From positions 130,946,001-131,010,000 of the forward strand of contig NC_058368.1 in assembly GCF_018350175.1 (NCBI RefSeq): 64,000 bases of DNA. Reading direction: 5' to 3'. The notes beneath the pieces were generated by a model that was not told where the DNA came from, made no database searches, and saw only the letters and a list, made by a program, of their open reading frames with translations. The position numbers and the translations under genes were made by a program. Below, one piece after another: positions 1 through 13,672 of this stretch (the stretch's first letter is position 1; each line of letters begins with the position of its first letter). This DNA comes from Felis catus (taxonomy: Eukaryota).

Positions 1-495
1 TATAATAGATTTCACTTGAAATTTATGCAGAAAAGTTTTCATCGTACCCTTTACCCAAACACTTCTAAAAATACATTTGAAAAATAGTAATTATACTGTT
101 TACATTGAGATTTTAACAGCACCCTCAACAAAAATGTAATCTGAGACATATTTGTAGCAAGTCCTGGAATCCAGAAATGATTTCATCATAGTAGCATTAT
201 TATGCTCAAATGTGTTTACTGTCAGATTTAGGTTGTGTTTGCTGTGAAGGAGTGTGCTTGTGTGCGTGTGTGTGCATGTGTGTGTCACTAGAGAGAGCTC
301 AGAAGTTATCACTTATGCAGTTTAGGTCATCATATGATGTGCATATTATGCCAAACATGTAGCAGCAATGCCTGAATGGCTTACCCTTTTGTGTTCTTTA
401 GTTATTTCAATGGGCCATCGTAACTCTATGACCTAGCCAACCCCTTATAATTTCAATGAAAATTTTCATTTGCTTTTTTAATATTAAGTAGTGGT

Positions 496-960
496 TGTGA
501 TGGCTAATTTTATATATCATCAACTGTTCTGGGCCATGGGATGTCCAGATGTTTGGTGAAATACGATTCTGAGTATTTCTGTGATGGTGTTTGCAGATAA
601 AATTAACATTCAAGTGAGTAGACTAAGTAAAGCGGATTCCTTCCCTGGTGCCTAATGTGGACCAGTCTCATCCACATCAGTTAAAGGCCTGAATAGAACA
701 AACAGGCTGATCCTTCCCTGAGTAAAAGAAGTTTTCCTACTGGACTGCCTTGGAACTGAGAAATCAGTTTTTTTCTTGCCATCTGACTTGAGCTGGGACT
801 TTGGATTTTGCTGGGTCTGGAGCGTGTTGGCCTGTAGAGAGGAACTACACCATAAATACTTCTGGGTTTCCAGCTTGCTGACTCACCCTACAGATCCTGG
901 GATTTACCAGTCTCCATAATCACATGAGCCAATTCCTGACAATAAACCTGTCTCCCACTC
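496..960 (+). mobile_element. MLT2-family (ERV-L) LTR, ancient solo LTR
   Basis: Starts TGTGATGGCTAATTTT and follows the MLT2 pattern (ctgggccatgggatgtccagat; agactaagtaaagcggatt; ggcctgaatagaacaaa; ctccataatcacatgagccaattcc; aataaa); similar to the LTRs at 45020 and 48436. Confidence 0.85.
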
Positions 961-1229
961 CTTCTTCCATCTCTCTCCTCCCCACCCCCATGTATATAAA
1001 GATGCAGAAACTGAGTCACGTTACTAGTACGTAATAGAACCTGGATTTAAACACTGTCTTCACAGTTCACTATACAAAGGTCAAAAACAAATAAAAACAA
1101 AAACAGAGTCAGGGGCAAAGTGGCTGAAACTTCTACTTTGGTCTATGCCACGACATTTCTAGTGCCTGTTGTGCATTTTTTCATCTCTCATCTATAGGCA
1201 GTTATTGTATATCATTTTGGGAATAAAAC

Positions 1230-2450
1230 ATTTTCATCCAGTATGGAAATCTCTTCCATTTAATGAGAGTCCTCATTCTATTTATGTTATGTCATTTCTG
1301 ATCTTGTTGGGTTTAATTCTACTATTTTCCATTTGTTTCAATTGCTTTTTTCCCCCCTCTGTTTCTGACATCTTCTGGGATAATTGAGTATTTGTGTAGT
1401 ATTCCATGTTACTTCCTCTATTGGCTTTTCTGTTTACTTCTTTGTATTATATTTAGTGGGTGCTCTAGTCCTGAAATTATGTACTCTTTTTTTTTAATTT
1501 TTTTTTAACGTTTATTTATTTTTGAGACAGAGACAGAGCATGAATGGGGGAGGTCACAGAGAGAGAGAGAGACACAGAATCGGAAACAGGCTCCAGGCTC
1601 TGAGCTGTCAGCACAGAGCCCGATGCGGGGCTCGAACCCACGGACCGTGAGATCATGACCTGAGCCGAAGTCGGACGCTTAATCGACCAAGTCACCCAGG
1701 TGCCCCCTGAAATTATGTATTCTTAACCTACCACAATCCACTGAGAAGTAAGATTGTGTCACTTGATGTAAAACTGGTAAACAGGTACCACCTGAATTTC
1801 ATTTAACACCTCATCTTTTGTGCAATTATTATAGATATCACATTTGGCTATGTGATAAATTCTAAAATACAATACTATCTATTTGCTTTAAAAACTCAGG
1901 TGTCTTTTAAATAAACTAAGAGAAGGGGGAAAGAGGACAAATCATACCTTTACAACTTCCGGCGCTCTTTGTTTCTGAGTTTCATCTGTTATGATTCTCT
2001 TCAGGCTGAAGAACTTCTTTTAGCTGTTTTTCTAAAGCAGGTGTGTTCGCACAACTTCTGTCAGCTTTTAATTATCTGAAGATGTCTCCTTCACCCCCAG
2101 TTTTGAATTGTATTTTTGCTGAATCTAGAATTCTGTGCTGACATAGTTGCTTTCACTATGTTAAAGATATTCCTTCATGGTCTTGCCACCTTTGTGCTCT
2201 GATGAGAAGTGAATTATCTTGTATGTAAATTATCTTCTCTCTATCTTTAGATTTTACAGGTTTGACTGTGATATCACTACATGTGTTTAAGTTTTTATTT
2301 ACCCTGCTTGGGATTTGCTAAGCTTCCTGAATGTATAAGCTAATGTTTCCATGAAATTTGGGAAAGGTCTATCTATTATTTCTTAAAAAAAAAAAACAAA
2401 AAACTGGGGGTCATTTCCTCTCTCTCTGGGACTGCTATTTCATGGCCAGG
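1230..2450 (-). mobile_element. Ancient L1M fragment (5'/ORF1-side), interrupted by a SINE
   Basis: T-rich decayed sequence with L1-antisense motifs (ctctgatgagaagt, aaatttgggaaa...tattatttctt, tagaattctgtgctgaca); boundaries approximate. Confidence 0.55.
1488..1706 (-). mobile_element. Can-SINE (SINEC_Fc-type), full length
   Basis: Reverse complement of the GGGGCACCTGGGTG head, (CT)n and A-tail; TSD ctgaaattatgta(c/t)tct at 1471-1487 and 1707-1723. Confidence 0.97.
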
Positions 2451-2979
2451 TTGTTTGTACAATCCACATCCTCAAGAAGTGTTTGCTAATTGTTGTTACT
2501 GGGTGACTTTCTGTCCCACAGAAGAATCCCAGCCTACGGGCTTGCTACTAGTAGATAACACTTTGCATTCTGATGCCCTATCGTGTTATTTCCTACCTGC
2601 CAGCACCCCCTACTACTTTCTGGGGTCCATGATGACAAATCTGTCTTTTATTATGACATGTTGGTAGGGAAGTCTTAGGAAGCAGTATTGTATGACCATG
2701 TGAATCTTTATTAAGTAGTTAAGCCTGTCCTTTTCCCCATCACACCACCTCTTGATGGTGGTTCACCTCTCACAGGTTGCTCTATTCTGAAACATTAACT
2801 AGGCTCTACGCACCCAAATCTTGGTATTCAATACCTTCAAGACAAAATATCAAAATATTATCTTCAGTGCCGAGCACTTGTCAGGATGTGTATTGCAGTA
2901 AGAGAAATGTTTGTTCTTAAGACAAGGACAATGGTATTAGAGGAAAAGAGGGTATGGGAATGAGGAAATTTAATTTTGG

Positions 2980-3575
2980 AGAATGTACCACAGTTCATTT
3001 ATCCATTCGCCTACTAAAGGACATCTTGGATGCTTCCAACTTTAGGCAACTATGAATAAAGCTGCTATAAACATTTGCGTGCAGGTTTTTGTATAGACAT
3101 AAGTTTTCAACTCCTTTCAGTAAATACCAGAGTGAAATTATTGAATGGTGTGATAAGGGTATATTTAGTTTTGTTAGAAACTGCCCAGCTATCTTCCAAA
3201 GTGGCTGTACAATCTTACATTCCCACCAGCAAAGAACGAGAGTTCCTGTTGATCCATTGCCCACCAGCATTTGGTCTTGTCAGTATTCGGGATTTTGGCC
3301 ATTCTGATAGGTGTCTAATGGTAGCTCATTGTTATTTTCGTTTGCGTTTCTCTGATGACATTTGACTGGAGCAGTTTTTCATATACTTGTCATCTGTGTA
3401 TCTTCTTTGATGAGATGTCTCTAAGGGCTTTGGCCTGGTATGTAATCACTTTGCCTTTTTTTTTTTTTTTTTACTGAGTTTTAACAGTTCTTTGTATATT
3501 TTAGAAAACAAGCCTTTATCAGTTATGCGTTTGCAAATATTTTCTCCAGGTCTGTGGTTTATCTTCTCATTCTCT
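2980..3575 (-). mobile_element. L1 (L1MB/L1MC-like) ORF2 3' fragment
   Basis: Antisense L1 motifs (atgaataaagctgctataaacatt, ttccaaagtggctgtac, tttgcaaatattttctcc); minus ORF 2995-3270 carries the L1 ORF2 C-terminal motif CWWECKIVQPLWK. Confidence 0.9.
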
Positions 3576-3983
3576 AGAGGATTTACTTTTCAGCCTGGTT
3601 AACTTATAGTGATCTTCAAGTCAGCTAAAACCTCTAGGGCAACTGAATTCATAGAATATGAAGACTTTCTTCGCTATATGTCTTTCCTGGGATCCACATT
3701 TCACTAGAAAGTTTTCAGAACTACTTGCAGAGGCTAATTTCATATAAATTTAAGTAAGAACATGACAAGATTATGTATTAGGTTTTCAATACCCAATAAA
3801 ATTGTAACTAACACCTAATTTCTAAAACAAAATAAGTTCTCCAACATGGAAATCCAGAAAGCTCTGTGTACTTTCCCAGTCTTTTACAGATGGTGGGATT
3901 TCTTAAGTTGGTGGCAAAATTTGCAAGAGGGGAAAAGGAAAGATATTTTTCTCCTTTTCTATCTTTTCTTTTACACAGTAAGG

Positions 3984-4187
3984 TTTTAAATTTTTTTTCA
4001 ATGTTTATTTATTTTTGAGAGAGTGAGAACAAGCAGAGGAGTGGCAGAGAGAGAGGGGGGCTGACAGAGGATCCAAAGCAGGTTCCATGCTGACAGCAGT
4101 AAGCCTGATGCAGAGCTCGAACCCACAGTGAGATCATGACCTGAGCCGAAGTCAGACACTCAACCGACTGAGCCACCCAGGCACCCC
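3984..4187 (-). mobile_element. Can-SINE
   Basis: SINE head ends gccacccaggcacccc; TSD cacagtaagg at 3974-3983 and 4188-4197. Confidence 0.95.
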
Positions 4188-4333
4188 CACAGTAAGGGAT
4201 TTTTAAAATAGCACATCTATACCGTCATATAAAGAAAAGAAGATTTTATGAAATGAAAGCAAGAACATTTTATTACCCCTCCCTGGAAAATGGCAACTTG
4301 TGGGAGAGGAAAGGGACAGAGATGGATTGCACT

Positions 4334-4700
4334 TGTACTGGTCAGCTTGGACCTGCCATTACAACATATGATAAGTGGAGTAGCTTGAACAACTGAAATT
4401 ATTTCTCAATGTTCCTAGAAGTCCAAGATCAAGATGACAGCAGGGTCAGTGTCTAATGAGAGCTCTCTCCCTATATTTCAGATGACCACCCTGTCACTGT
4501 GTCCTCATACGGCAGAGAGAGAGAGAGAGAGAAAATTCTGGTATCTCTTCTTCCTCACAAAAGAGTACAAGCCCAGTTGAATCAGGGCCTCACCCTTCAT
4601 TTAACCTTTATCACCTCCTTACAGACTCTATCTCCAAATTCACTCACAATGGGGGTTAAGGGCTCAACACATGAAATTGGGAACACAATTCAGTGCATGG
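4334..4700 (-). mobile_element. MaLR LTR (MLT1A/MLT1B-like)
   Basis: agaagtccaagatcaagatg...ctgtgtcctcat...ctatctccaaat...tcaacacatgaaattgggaacacaattcagt matches the MLT1A antisense pattern. Confidence 0.8.
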
Positions 4701-5419
4701 AAACACTTTTTAAACCCACAAAGATAACTGAGGAAAGGTAAAATACAATACCTGAGACATTTTTTACAATTCAGTATAAGCAAATGAGAATGTAATGGCA
4801 TAAATGAAAAAAAATAAATAACCTGTGAAAAATGGTGAACCAATCCAGGCTCAGTCACTATCAAATGAAAAAGAAAGTCACACATTTGGAATATAAAACT
4901 ATCATCGTGGCTAAGATGAGTGTTAGCTGCAAAGGGCAACGTGCTGTATGTGAAGAAGTCAGAAGCTCAATGATTTTCTCCCAAAGTTTTATAGGTAGTC
5001 AAGTTCCAGTTATAGCTAATTATCCAAAAGTCAGCTGTTGTTACAGAAACAGCATGACTGCATGTATCTGTGTAAATATACTATCCCTCAGCCCATATAT
5101 GTACATTTTTGTTGTAGGGGCTTCAGGGACAAGGGGGCTTAGAGGAGGGAGGGGGAGAGAGAAAGAGAGAGAGAGAGGGAGGGAGGGAGAGAGAGATTGG
5201 GTACAATAGAAAGTGAAAGAAGAAGGGAGAAAATAGGAGCATTACCTTTTGGCATATTTCCCAGCAGCCTAAACAAAGTCATTTTGGGGAGGAAACAGAA
5301 TTGTTTGAGATAATTGAATCATGGAATGTGACCTTACAGGACCAGAATATAGCTGCAGTGATAATTATTAAATAATGGTGAGAGGGATCCATATATTATG
5401 GCACAAAACTAAATATACT

Positions 5420-5957
5420 TGTAATGATTTTTTAAATTAAAAAAATTCTTTGTTTCTTCTCTGAAAACTTCTCTCCCCTTGAATGAAAATCATACTTACT
5501 GACTCACTAAATAGGCTGTGGTCGAAGTGAGAGTGTGTGACTTCCAAGACTGGGTCACAAAAGGCATGGGGCTACTTCCTCCCCATCTCTCAGGTCCCTT
5601 ACTCTGGGGGGAGCCAGTTCTCACGTTGAGAGGACACACAGGCAGCTCTGGACAGAGGCCCGTGTGTCAAGGAAAGGAACCTGCTTCCAACAGTCAGGTG
5701 AGGGTGGCACCTTAGAAGTGCACCCTCCCACCCCAGTCAAGCCTTCAGATGGTGACACCCCAGCTGACATCTTAACTGTACCCACGGGAGACGCCCTAAA
5801 GCAAGCCCCAGCAGCCAAGCTGCTCCTGCGTACCCCACCCACAGAAACTGAGATAATGATTGTTCCTCATTTTAAGCTAATTTGTAAGCTGCTAAGTTTA
5901 TTAAGTGAAATAATATAAGCTTGTTATTTTAAGTTGTAGTAACATAAAGTTAATATA
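5420..5957 (+). mobile_element. MaLR LTR (MLT1F/MLT1G-like)
   Basis: gtgtgacttccaagactgggtcacaaaagg, ccccagtcaagccttcagatg, cagctgacatctt, cccacagaaactgagataat...tttaagc motifs. Confidence 0.8.
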
Positions 5958-6052
5958 ATATCCAATATGTATTACATAGCTAACAGTACATCTGATATCT
6001 AATAACTAGTGTAATATCTAATGTTCAGCAGGGGAAAGGTCAATTGATTATT

Positions 6053-6272
6053 TTTTTTTTACGTTTTTTTTAATTTATTTATTTTTGAGACAGAGAGAGA
6101 CAGAGCATGAACGGGGGAGGGTCACAGAGGGAGGGAGACACAGAATCTGAAACAGGCTCCAGGCTCTGAGCTGTCAGCACAGAGCCCGATGCGGGGCTTG
6201 AACCCACGGACCCTGAGATCGTGACCTGAGCCGAAGTCGGACGCTTAACCGACCGAGCCACCCAGGCGCCCC
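6053..6272 (-). mobile_element. Can-SINE (SINEC_Fc-type), full length
   Basis: Perfect 18-bp TSD aaaggtcaattgattatt at 6035-6052 and 6273-6290. Confidence 0.98.
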
Positions 6273-6499
6273 AAAGGTCAATTGATTATTGAATAACAAA
6301 TGTATTGATTAGGGTTCCGTTTGCATTTCTATTATCAACTATACTCATGTGTTTCACTAAACTCTTTATTCTGCCTTTATCTCCATCATTGGTGCTTGTC
6401 AGTAAATAAAAGTGACTAAACTTAATAAAGCCATTGAAATTTTTTGCCTTTCATTTTTTTGTAATAGGAACCTCATCCCAGGAATTAAGAATCAAGTCA

Positions 6500-6642
6500 C
6501 ACTCTGACAGTATGGAGCCTGCTTGGGATTCTTCTCGCCCTCTCTCTCTCTGCTCGCTCGCTCGCTCACGCTCTCTCTCTCAAAAATAAATAAATTTAAA
6601 TGAGAGAGAGAGAGAGGGAGAAAGAGAGAGAGAGAAAGAGAA
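6500..6642 (+). mobile_element. 5'-truncated Can-SINE with GA-rich tail
   Basis: Only the 3' half (ctgacagtatggagcctgcttgggattc, (CT)n, aaaaataaataaa) is present; TSD aagaa(t/c)caagtca at 6487-6499 and 6643-6655. Confidence 0.85.
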
Positions 6643-8445
6643 AAGAACCAAGTCATAGAGCAAAAAAATCAAAATCCATACTAGGAAAAGAATTATCTCA
6701 CACCCCCCTCCCCTGGAACTAATTCTGTCCTGGTCACAAGAAATTTTAGGACCTTTAAGAACCTAGCTTAGAGAATCAAAAGTTAGGCAGGTGACTTCTG
6801 ATTCTGGTCTGATGTTGGTTTTGAGCTTGATTAGGCTATTCTCTTATTCCTGCTAGCCAAACTCTGGCTGTCCTATTCTTCCCAAATCTTTCCTTTGGTT
6901 TCTTGGATGATTCTCCAGACTTTATGAGACTAACATAGCCACAGTTATGCTCTTAAAACCAAGTAACTGATCCCAAATAATTATCACTGTCCTTCTCCTA
7001 TGTCAACTCCTGACCTCCTTGAATTTCTCCTGCTATTACTCAAACTGTCATTTGTTAGGGGGTAATCTAACCCCCAAAATCTTTCTCATTCTTATATGAC
7101 CAGATCTTAAATATGTGTCACAGTCTCTTAGTTCCCTCCTTCCTCCTCATTAATACCTTTTATTTTAAGGCCAAATGCCTCAAATCAACAACACCTGAGT
7201 AATTGCCCTTACTAAATATGCACGTTTATTCATTTTTTGGTTTTTAATTTAATTTTTATCTGCCAATAATAAGTTTAATTTCAATTTGCTAGCATACAGT
7301 TCTCATGAGGAAGTTGCATCTCCCCAGGTAACTATATTTGTTCCTTTTTATTGTTCTGTCTTTGGTTGGGTTATAATAAAATTCAATAATTTTCTGGTTG
7401 GGAGAATTACTGGAAAAGACGGCAAATATTCCATACATCTTCAGATCCATTGCAAACTCAAAATATTGTCAACTGGGGGTTGCATAGTTATAATTTGAGC
7501 TGCTTATTTCAAATTAATACTTATTACATTATACAAGGTCCTAAGATGGGTTATGTTAATTCTAAGTACTTAGAGGAAAAAAAAGATATTATCCCTTCTG
7601 CTACTAGAGAATTTCTTGACTTAGGTATTTAGATGGGGAGAGAGATAATATGAAACCTATTATTTCTATAGGTACATCTATAGAAATACACATGCTAGCA
7701 AAGCATAGATTAGCCTTTAGGAAGTGAGTTTTAGATTCAAGTAAATGCCCAATCAAAAAAAGATTGGCAGTCCACTGAAAATATTTGTGACACCAAGATG
7801 GATACTGATACAACTTTGTCTCAGGGCAGTTCAAGATACATTTCTACCTCTTCCCCATGACCAATTAGTAATCTAATCCTATTCAATATCTCATATCCTA
7901 TAACTTACCAGTTTTGCTATCTCATAATGTTCCTGTCCAGTTATTCAAGTCATGTTTATAAAGGTGATTTTTAGAGGATAAAGGCAGAGAGGAACAAAGG
8001 GAAGCAAAAATGAAAGGAGAAAATAAGAGGAAAAGAAAGAGGGAATGGAAGCATTAGAGGAAGAAAGCAGTTGACTAGAAGAAAGATGAAAGAGGGAGAA
8101 GAAAATGCGGATCTTATAAGGATCACAAGAAACTGGAAAGAAGTGCAAAGAATTAAGGTGACCTTTTAAGAAGAGAGTAAAAGGAGTAGGGTGAGGTTAA
8201 TTCATTCATTTAATAAGCATCCAATATGTACTATGCTAAGCAGTGAGGCAGGTCTTTTCTATAAGGTAAGGAACAATTTATGTCAGAATGCAAAAGACTT
8301 ACTACCTGTTGTAAATATTCTAACCAGGAGTGAAAGTGAAATATTCTTCTGATTACAGTCAGATGCATTAGCTGCTTTAGATTGGCCCTTTTCATTCTGT
8401 AAAAGGAAAAAAAAAAGAATTATGGAAGACTAGATTTTTTTTAAA

Positions 8446-8656
8446 TTTTTTTTAACGTTTATTTATTTTTGAGACAGAGAGAGACAGAGCATGAACAGGG
8501 GAGGAGCAGAGAGAGAGGGAGACACAGAATCCGAAACAGGCTCCAGGCTCTGAGCTGTCAGCACAGAGCCCGACCCGGGGCTCGAACTCACGGATCGTGA
8601 GATCATGACCCGAGCCGAAGTCGGACGCTTAACCGACCAAGCCACCCAGGCGCCCC
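8446..8656 (-). mobile_element. Can-SINE (SINEC_Fc-type), full length
   Basis: Perfect TSD agactagattttttttaaa at 8427-8445 and 8657-8675. Confidence 0.98.
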
Positions 8657-10327
8657 AGACTAGATTTTTTTTAAAGCAAAGCAACAGAGGCTGGATAAAA
8701 CAACAATCACAAAACAGAAGAAATTTCTACATAGGACATATGATTACAGGGCATGAGGGAAACCTTTATTAGCCTACATCTGCCCTCAGAAAGCACCTCA
8801 GTTTCCTGTGTTTCTAATCTCGTTCTCATGGCACAGGAAAGTAGAAGGAAGCATCCTTTTCCTGCCCCAGATTTCTTCTAATCCCTACAGTAGGAACCTC
8901 TGACTTCTCATATATAACAGGTAGAAACATCCGGGCGTTCTTCCCTTTCTCAGTTTCATTTCCTACGTGAGAAGTGATTTATCTGGTTGATGAGATAGTA
9001 AGAAGATGACTTCTATTAATTTCTATTTTTCTATCTGGTAGTGTTATATGCCGAAGGCCTTTACGCATACATGGTCTCAGACTCCTTGTCCTGCTTTTGG
9101 TAAGGGAGAAACAAGCGGATGTTCTCCATGCAGCGAGCTGGAGAAGCATTCTCTGCAAACTGACCCTTCCCTCACTCAGATGGGTGGGTCTGAACTCATG
9201 GTCTGAACTTGATGATATGCTGAAGAACAGAAGGTAGAGGAAGCACGAGGAAACCCATTTTACCGTGAGATTCAGGCTAAATTCTTTAGTTCGGTTTTAC
9301 AGGCAATAAACTGAATATATTGGTCCCTATTTTCCCCCTGTGTGTATTTTTCAGTGGGTTTAGGGTATTATCGATTATCTTCCTCAAGCCACAATAAGGA
9401 AGCTTTAGCTGAAATGAAACTTCTGTGTGGGAAGAATGTCTAATTAAACTTGAATGTTCCATTAGTTCCTTGGTTTGAATGGGTATATCATTTTCCTACT
9501 GAGAGCAGGGCCCAAGGGTTGTGCAGGCAAACTATTAGTGGAGAAGAGAGAAGAGAAGGCTGGGAGATACTGGTACCACATAGAGGGATATGGGCACTGG
9601 GGACCATGGGGCAGCCAAGTTGCTAAATAAAAAAAGGAAGACACAAGAAAGGAATGGAAAGACACTAAAAACTACAATTTACCATCCATATATTTTTTTT
9701 CGAGGAAGAGCCTTTACGTGAAGTAATAGCTAGCATCTTTATTTAACAGATGCCTAGAAAACTTTGGATAGAGGAAAATTCAGAAGAAATGTATGGAGGC
9801 AAAAATAATTACGTTTCACAAAGGGAGAGATGCTCCCTCCCCAAAAGACACAAACAAAAAGGAAATAAGCAAAACTATGAGGAGCTTATTTTATGTTCCC
9901 CCCAGGCTTTCTCTTCACCAAACGTATTTACTTACATGTACCCAGAGAATAAATATTTATTTTTACAGATTTTACCTTGTGGATTAGAGAAGTTAACTAG
10001 TTTACCTGAAGTTATACCTAACCACTGGTGAACAAAGGACGCCAGAGTTTGGCCCATCACCAGTTCTAAGAAAGAGATCCCCCACCACAACTACTATCAT
10101 TGCCCTGCAAACTTGATATTGTGTCTGCACCCTTTCCAGAATGTATCCTTCTCAGCTTCTGCTTCTTTGGCTAATTAGCTTTTATTCCAAAACTAGAGTG
10201 GGTACATTATATCGGTTGAGACTCGGTCGTGTGTCCACCCTCTGAATGCAAAGGAAGCTAGAAAAGCAAGTATATGGCTTTTAATGTTTACAGTGAGAGA
10301 TGACCTCTGTGTCAGACCCCAAGACTG

Positions 10328-10520
10328 ATATATATATATATATATATATACATATATATACATATATATATGTATATATATGTATATATATGTATATATA
10401 TGTATATATGTATATATGTATATATGTATATATATGTATATATGTATATATGTATATATATGTATATGTATATATATATATGTATATATATGTATATATA
10501 TATACATATATATATATACA
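10328..10520. repeat. Compound (TA)n/(TATG)/(TACA) microsatellite
   Basis: Directly visible ~190-bp alternating purine-pyrimidine tract. Confidence 0.99.
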
Positions 10521-10589
10521 AATCAGGATGGTTTCAGGTTACCAGCACCCAAATAATGCAAATATCCATCATAAATACTAAATAGATAA

Positions 10590-10727
10590 AAACCCATACT
10601 TATTCAGTTACACTAACTACATTTCCAGTGCTCAATAGATATATATGGCTATTTGCCTCCATATTGGACATTGTAGATCAAGAACAATTCCATCATAACA
10701 AAAACTTCTGAACAGTACTGACCTAGA
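10590..10727. mobile_element. MER3-like hAT-Charlie MITE fragment
   Basis: acactaactacatttccagtgctcaatag...catattggaca...agaacaattccatcat matches the MER3/MER33 pattern. Confidence 0.7.
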
Positions 10728-12039
10728 TAAAACCTCTCATTTTATTAATATGCAAACCAAAGCCCCTGGAGGTTAACCGATTTATCAAGATCCCAGAACC
10801 TGCTAATGTTCAATTCAAAACGAGGTATCAAATTTCTCGTCTCCCTCTTTTGATTCCTCTATCCATCACAAGTTACTGTCTTTCAACTTACAGTTGTAAA
10901 CGTTATGTTTATATTGATTCGTTTCTCCAATTTGTCAAAAGCTTTGGATTCCAAAGTCTGTGTTTCATTGTATTTATTTGAAGGACCGGAAAGCTTCACT
11001 GAAAAGCTTTTATGGCTTTCAAGATAGTTATTCGCAGAGCCCGGATATAACAAGTGTTTTCCGACTCAGTCTTCAAATGCTTTGTTGCAGAGAATATCAA
11101 GAGAACAATCTGGAAGTTTTTCATTTAGCCAGTTATAGAAAGGAGACAAAACTCAGGCAGAAGAGCGACGTTAAAGAAAAGACGCCTGTGCATCATTAGC
11201 ACTGGCTATGGAGAGTCTAGATGCCATCAGCAGGATGGTGGAGTCATTTGCAGCCAGCCAACAAGCTGATCTCTGATGTGGGATGCGGCTCTTCAAACGT
11301 TTCCCAAAGGCTAGCTATAGCTAAAGAAACAGATCCAAGAGAAATATTTACTCCCACACCCGCTCAGAGATGCTGGCTGTCTTCCTGCTTGGAGACTCCT
11401 TGAGGCACTGCTAACAACTGAGAGCTGTGGGGAGCACACTAAGCCTCTTCTCGGCCGCGGTGGGGGTGCTCAAAGGAAGGCTCAGACTCCAGGGAGATGC
11501 ACTTGCTTTTCCTCCCAAGGAGAAGCGAGAGCATGCCTGCTGCCCCAGAGACTGTGTGGTGACCGACACCCTAATTAAGGGGGACTCTGAGGGAGCAGTA
11601 TTTTCATGTTTCAGCTTTCAGACTTGGTATCTTCAGCAGGATCGAGACGCTACACTCCTGGAATATATTACGATAGTCCCAAAATACTCATTTCTCTCTC
11701 CAAGCAGCACACAGAACAATGTTGAAAGAAGGTGGTGAAGAGCACGCATAGCCTTGGACAGCGGGAGCTTAGACTCTAAATAGACACCACGTAGCAGTCA
11801 ACCTAAAGTCAAAAGCCGGCAGACAGCCCAGCTTATCTTTCAGGACTCAGCCCCACCTCGTTCCTCCCAAATACTGACATGGGTCTTTCCCCGTAGTTTA
11901 AAAGTATCTTCTAGCCACTTCTATAATTACTCTCGTTTCCCTAGAATTGTTTAAAATTTTTGTTCCCTGTTATTCATTAAGCCTCTTGAAGACAGGGAAT
12001 GAGTCTCATTCTTTTTGTTTTTGTTTTCTTTCTGTTACC

Positions 12040-12350
12040 ATTCAATACTATTGGTGATCACTACTCTGAGCTAGACACTGTTCCAGGCTCTCAGTATACA
12101 ACAGAGAAGAAAACTATTTTCAAGTTCTCCTAGATCTCACATGCTAGTTATGGCCATGTACACAAATAAATACACACACAAAAAAGTAAGGGGGTGAAGA
12201 ACGGTGGGAGACGACTATATTAGACAGGACGGCCAAGGAAGGTATTTCAGATGAGATAACAGACGAGCAGAAATCTGAATAATAGGAGGAAGTAAATCAT
12301 GCATGTGGGTAGAGGAAGAGCATTCTAGGCTGAGGGAACAGCAAGTAGCT
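12040..12350 (-). mobile_element. L2 3' fragment
   Basis: cactactctgagctagacactgttccagg and ggaagagcattctaggctgagggaacagcaagt are typical antisense L2 3' motifs. Confidence 0.75.
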
Positions 12351-12895
12351 GGTTCAACATGTACTCACTAAATAACATAGTTACTGCTTACCTAAATGTA
12401 CCAAACAAACACCCAGGAAACAGACATGGAAAGATGCAGATGCTGGGGCAAGTAGATGAATCAAATATACTAAGACTAAAAACACGCGCGCGGAGAAAGG
12501 TGTTACCAGCCTACCGACAGGCCCCTGTCAATCCTGTTTCCTAGCACCTCTCAGATCTGTGGGGCTCACAAGCCCTGTTCTTCACAACGCTGCATAAATC
12601 CCTCCCCACAAGGCCTATTATAACCATCCGTGTACCTTAAACGTCCAAGCCTATTTGAGCTCACTGCGATGTACGTATGTAAAGTCTAGGAACTACCAAA
12701 AAGTCATTCCCACAGCCCGTGCGATCACCAGCCCCCTAAATGGAAATTAGGTGTAAGACAAAAGCATTCTTCTACTTCATGTGGCGAAATGCCTCAGCAA
12801 ATCATGCTGGAAGCTAAAAAGGAGTCAAAAAAAGATAAGCTAACTTCCACTTCAACTGGAAAATCAGGGAAGTTCACCTTAATAAGCTAATTTTT

Positions 12896-13114
12896 TTTTA
12901 AATTTTTTTTTCAACGTTTATTTATTTTTGGGACAGAGAGAGACAGAGCATGAATGGGCGAGGGGCAGAGAGAGAGGGAGACACAGAATCGGAAACAGGC
13001 TCCAGGCTCTGAGCCATCAGCCCAGAGCCCGACGTGGGGCTCGAACTCACGGACCACGAGATCGTGACCTGGGTGAAGTCGGCCGCTTAACCGACTGCGC
13101 CACCCAGGCGCCCC
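12896..13114 (-). mobile_element. Young SINEC_Fc-type SINE
   Basis: Diagnostic gccatcagcccagagcccgac and ctgcgccacccaggcgcccc; TSD aataagctaattttt at 12881-12895 and 13115-13129. Confidence 0.98.
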
Positions 13115-13672
13115 AATAAGCTAATTTTTATAAGCTCTTATCTCACTGTCTTCTGCTATCTTTTGTTCCTAAGCATACTGTAAACCCCTAAGGACAGTTA
13201 TCACATATTACTACTGATTGGTCTTTGTTCCTGTCGGCAGTCAATATGTGTTTATAAATGAATGACACCCTTAGGAAATAGAGTCTTGATTGAGACATCA
13301 AAGTGGGGGATCTGGGATGGCAAGGAACAGAATGGAGGTTTCCAGAGATGGAGAAAAGCAGTCTCATGAAAAAAAAAAAAAAAAAAAAAAAGGACACAAT
13401 ATATTTGGAGCTGGCTGCATGTGTATGTTTTAAATATTTTCTCTGAGGAACTAATGTCAATCACAAAATGGAATGTAATGAAATATTTAAGGTAATGCTG
13501 TAGGACTTATCATTGGTAAAATTGTCAAGCCTTTGAAATATATGTTTCCTACTCAGTAATATTCCTTCTGACATCATGTTGACATCATGTATGAGATTCA
13601 AACCCTCTGTACCTGAGTCCAGACACATCACTGTATAACCACAAACATACACACACAAAGATGCTGGTCACT

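Noticed and set aside
9187..9212. Repeated ggtctgaact as a nuclear-receptor response element
   Set aside because: TGAACT half-sites are 7 bp apart, a non-canonical spacing; more simply a 13-bp micro-duplication.
10193..10585. Y/I/M/H-rich ORFs on both strands
   Set aside because: Artefacts of the TA-rich microsatellite.
11400..11900. CpG island or promoter
   Set aside because: Only scattered CpGs (e.g. cggccgcgg at ~11452); density looks too low and there is no promoter architecture.
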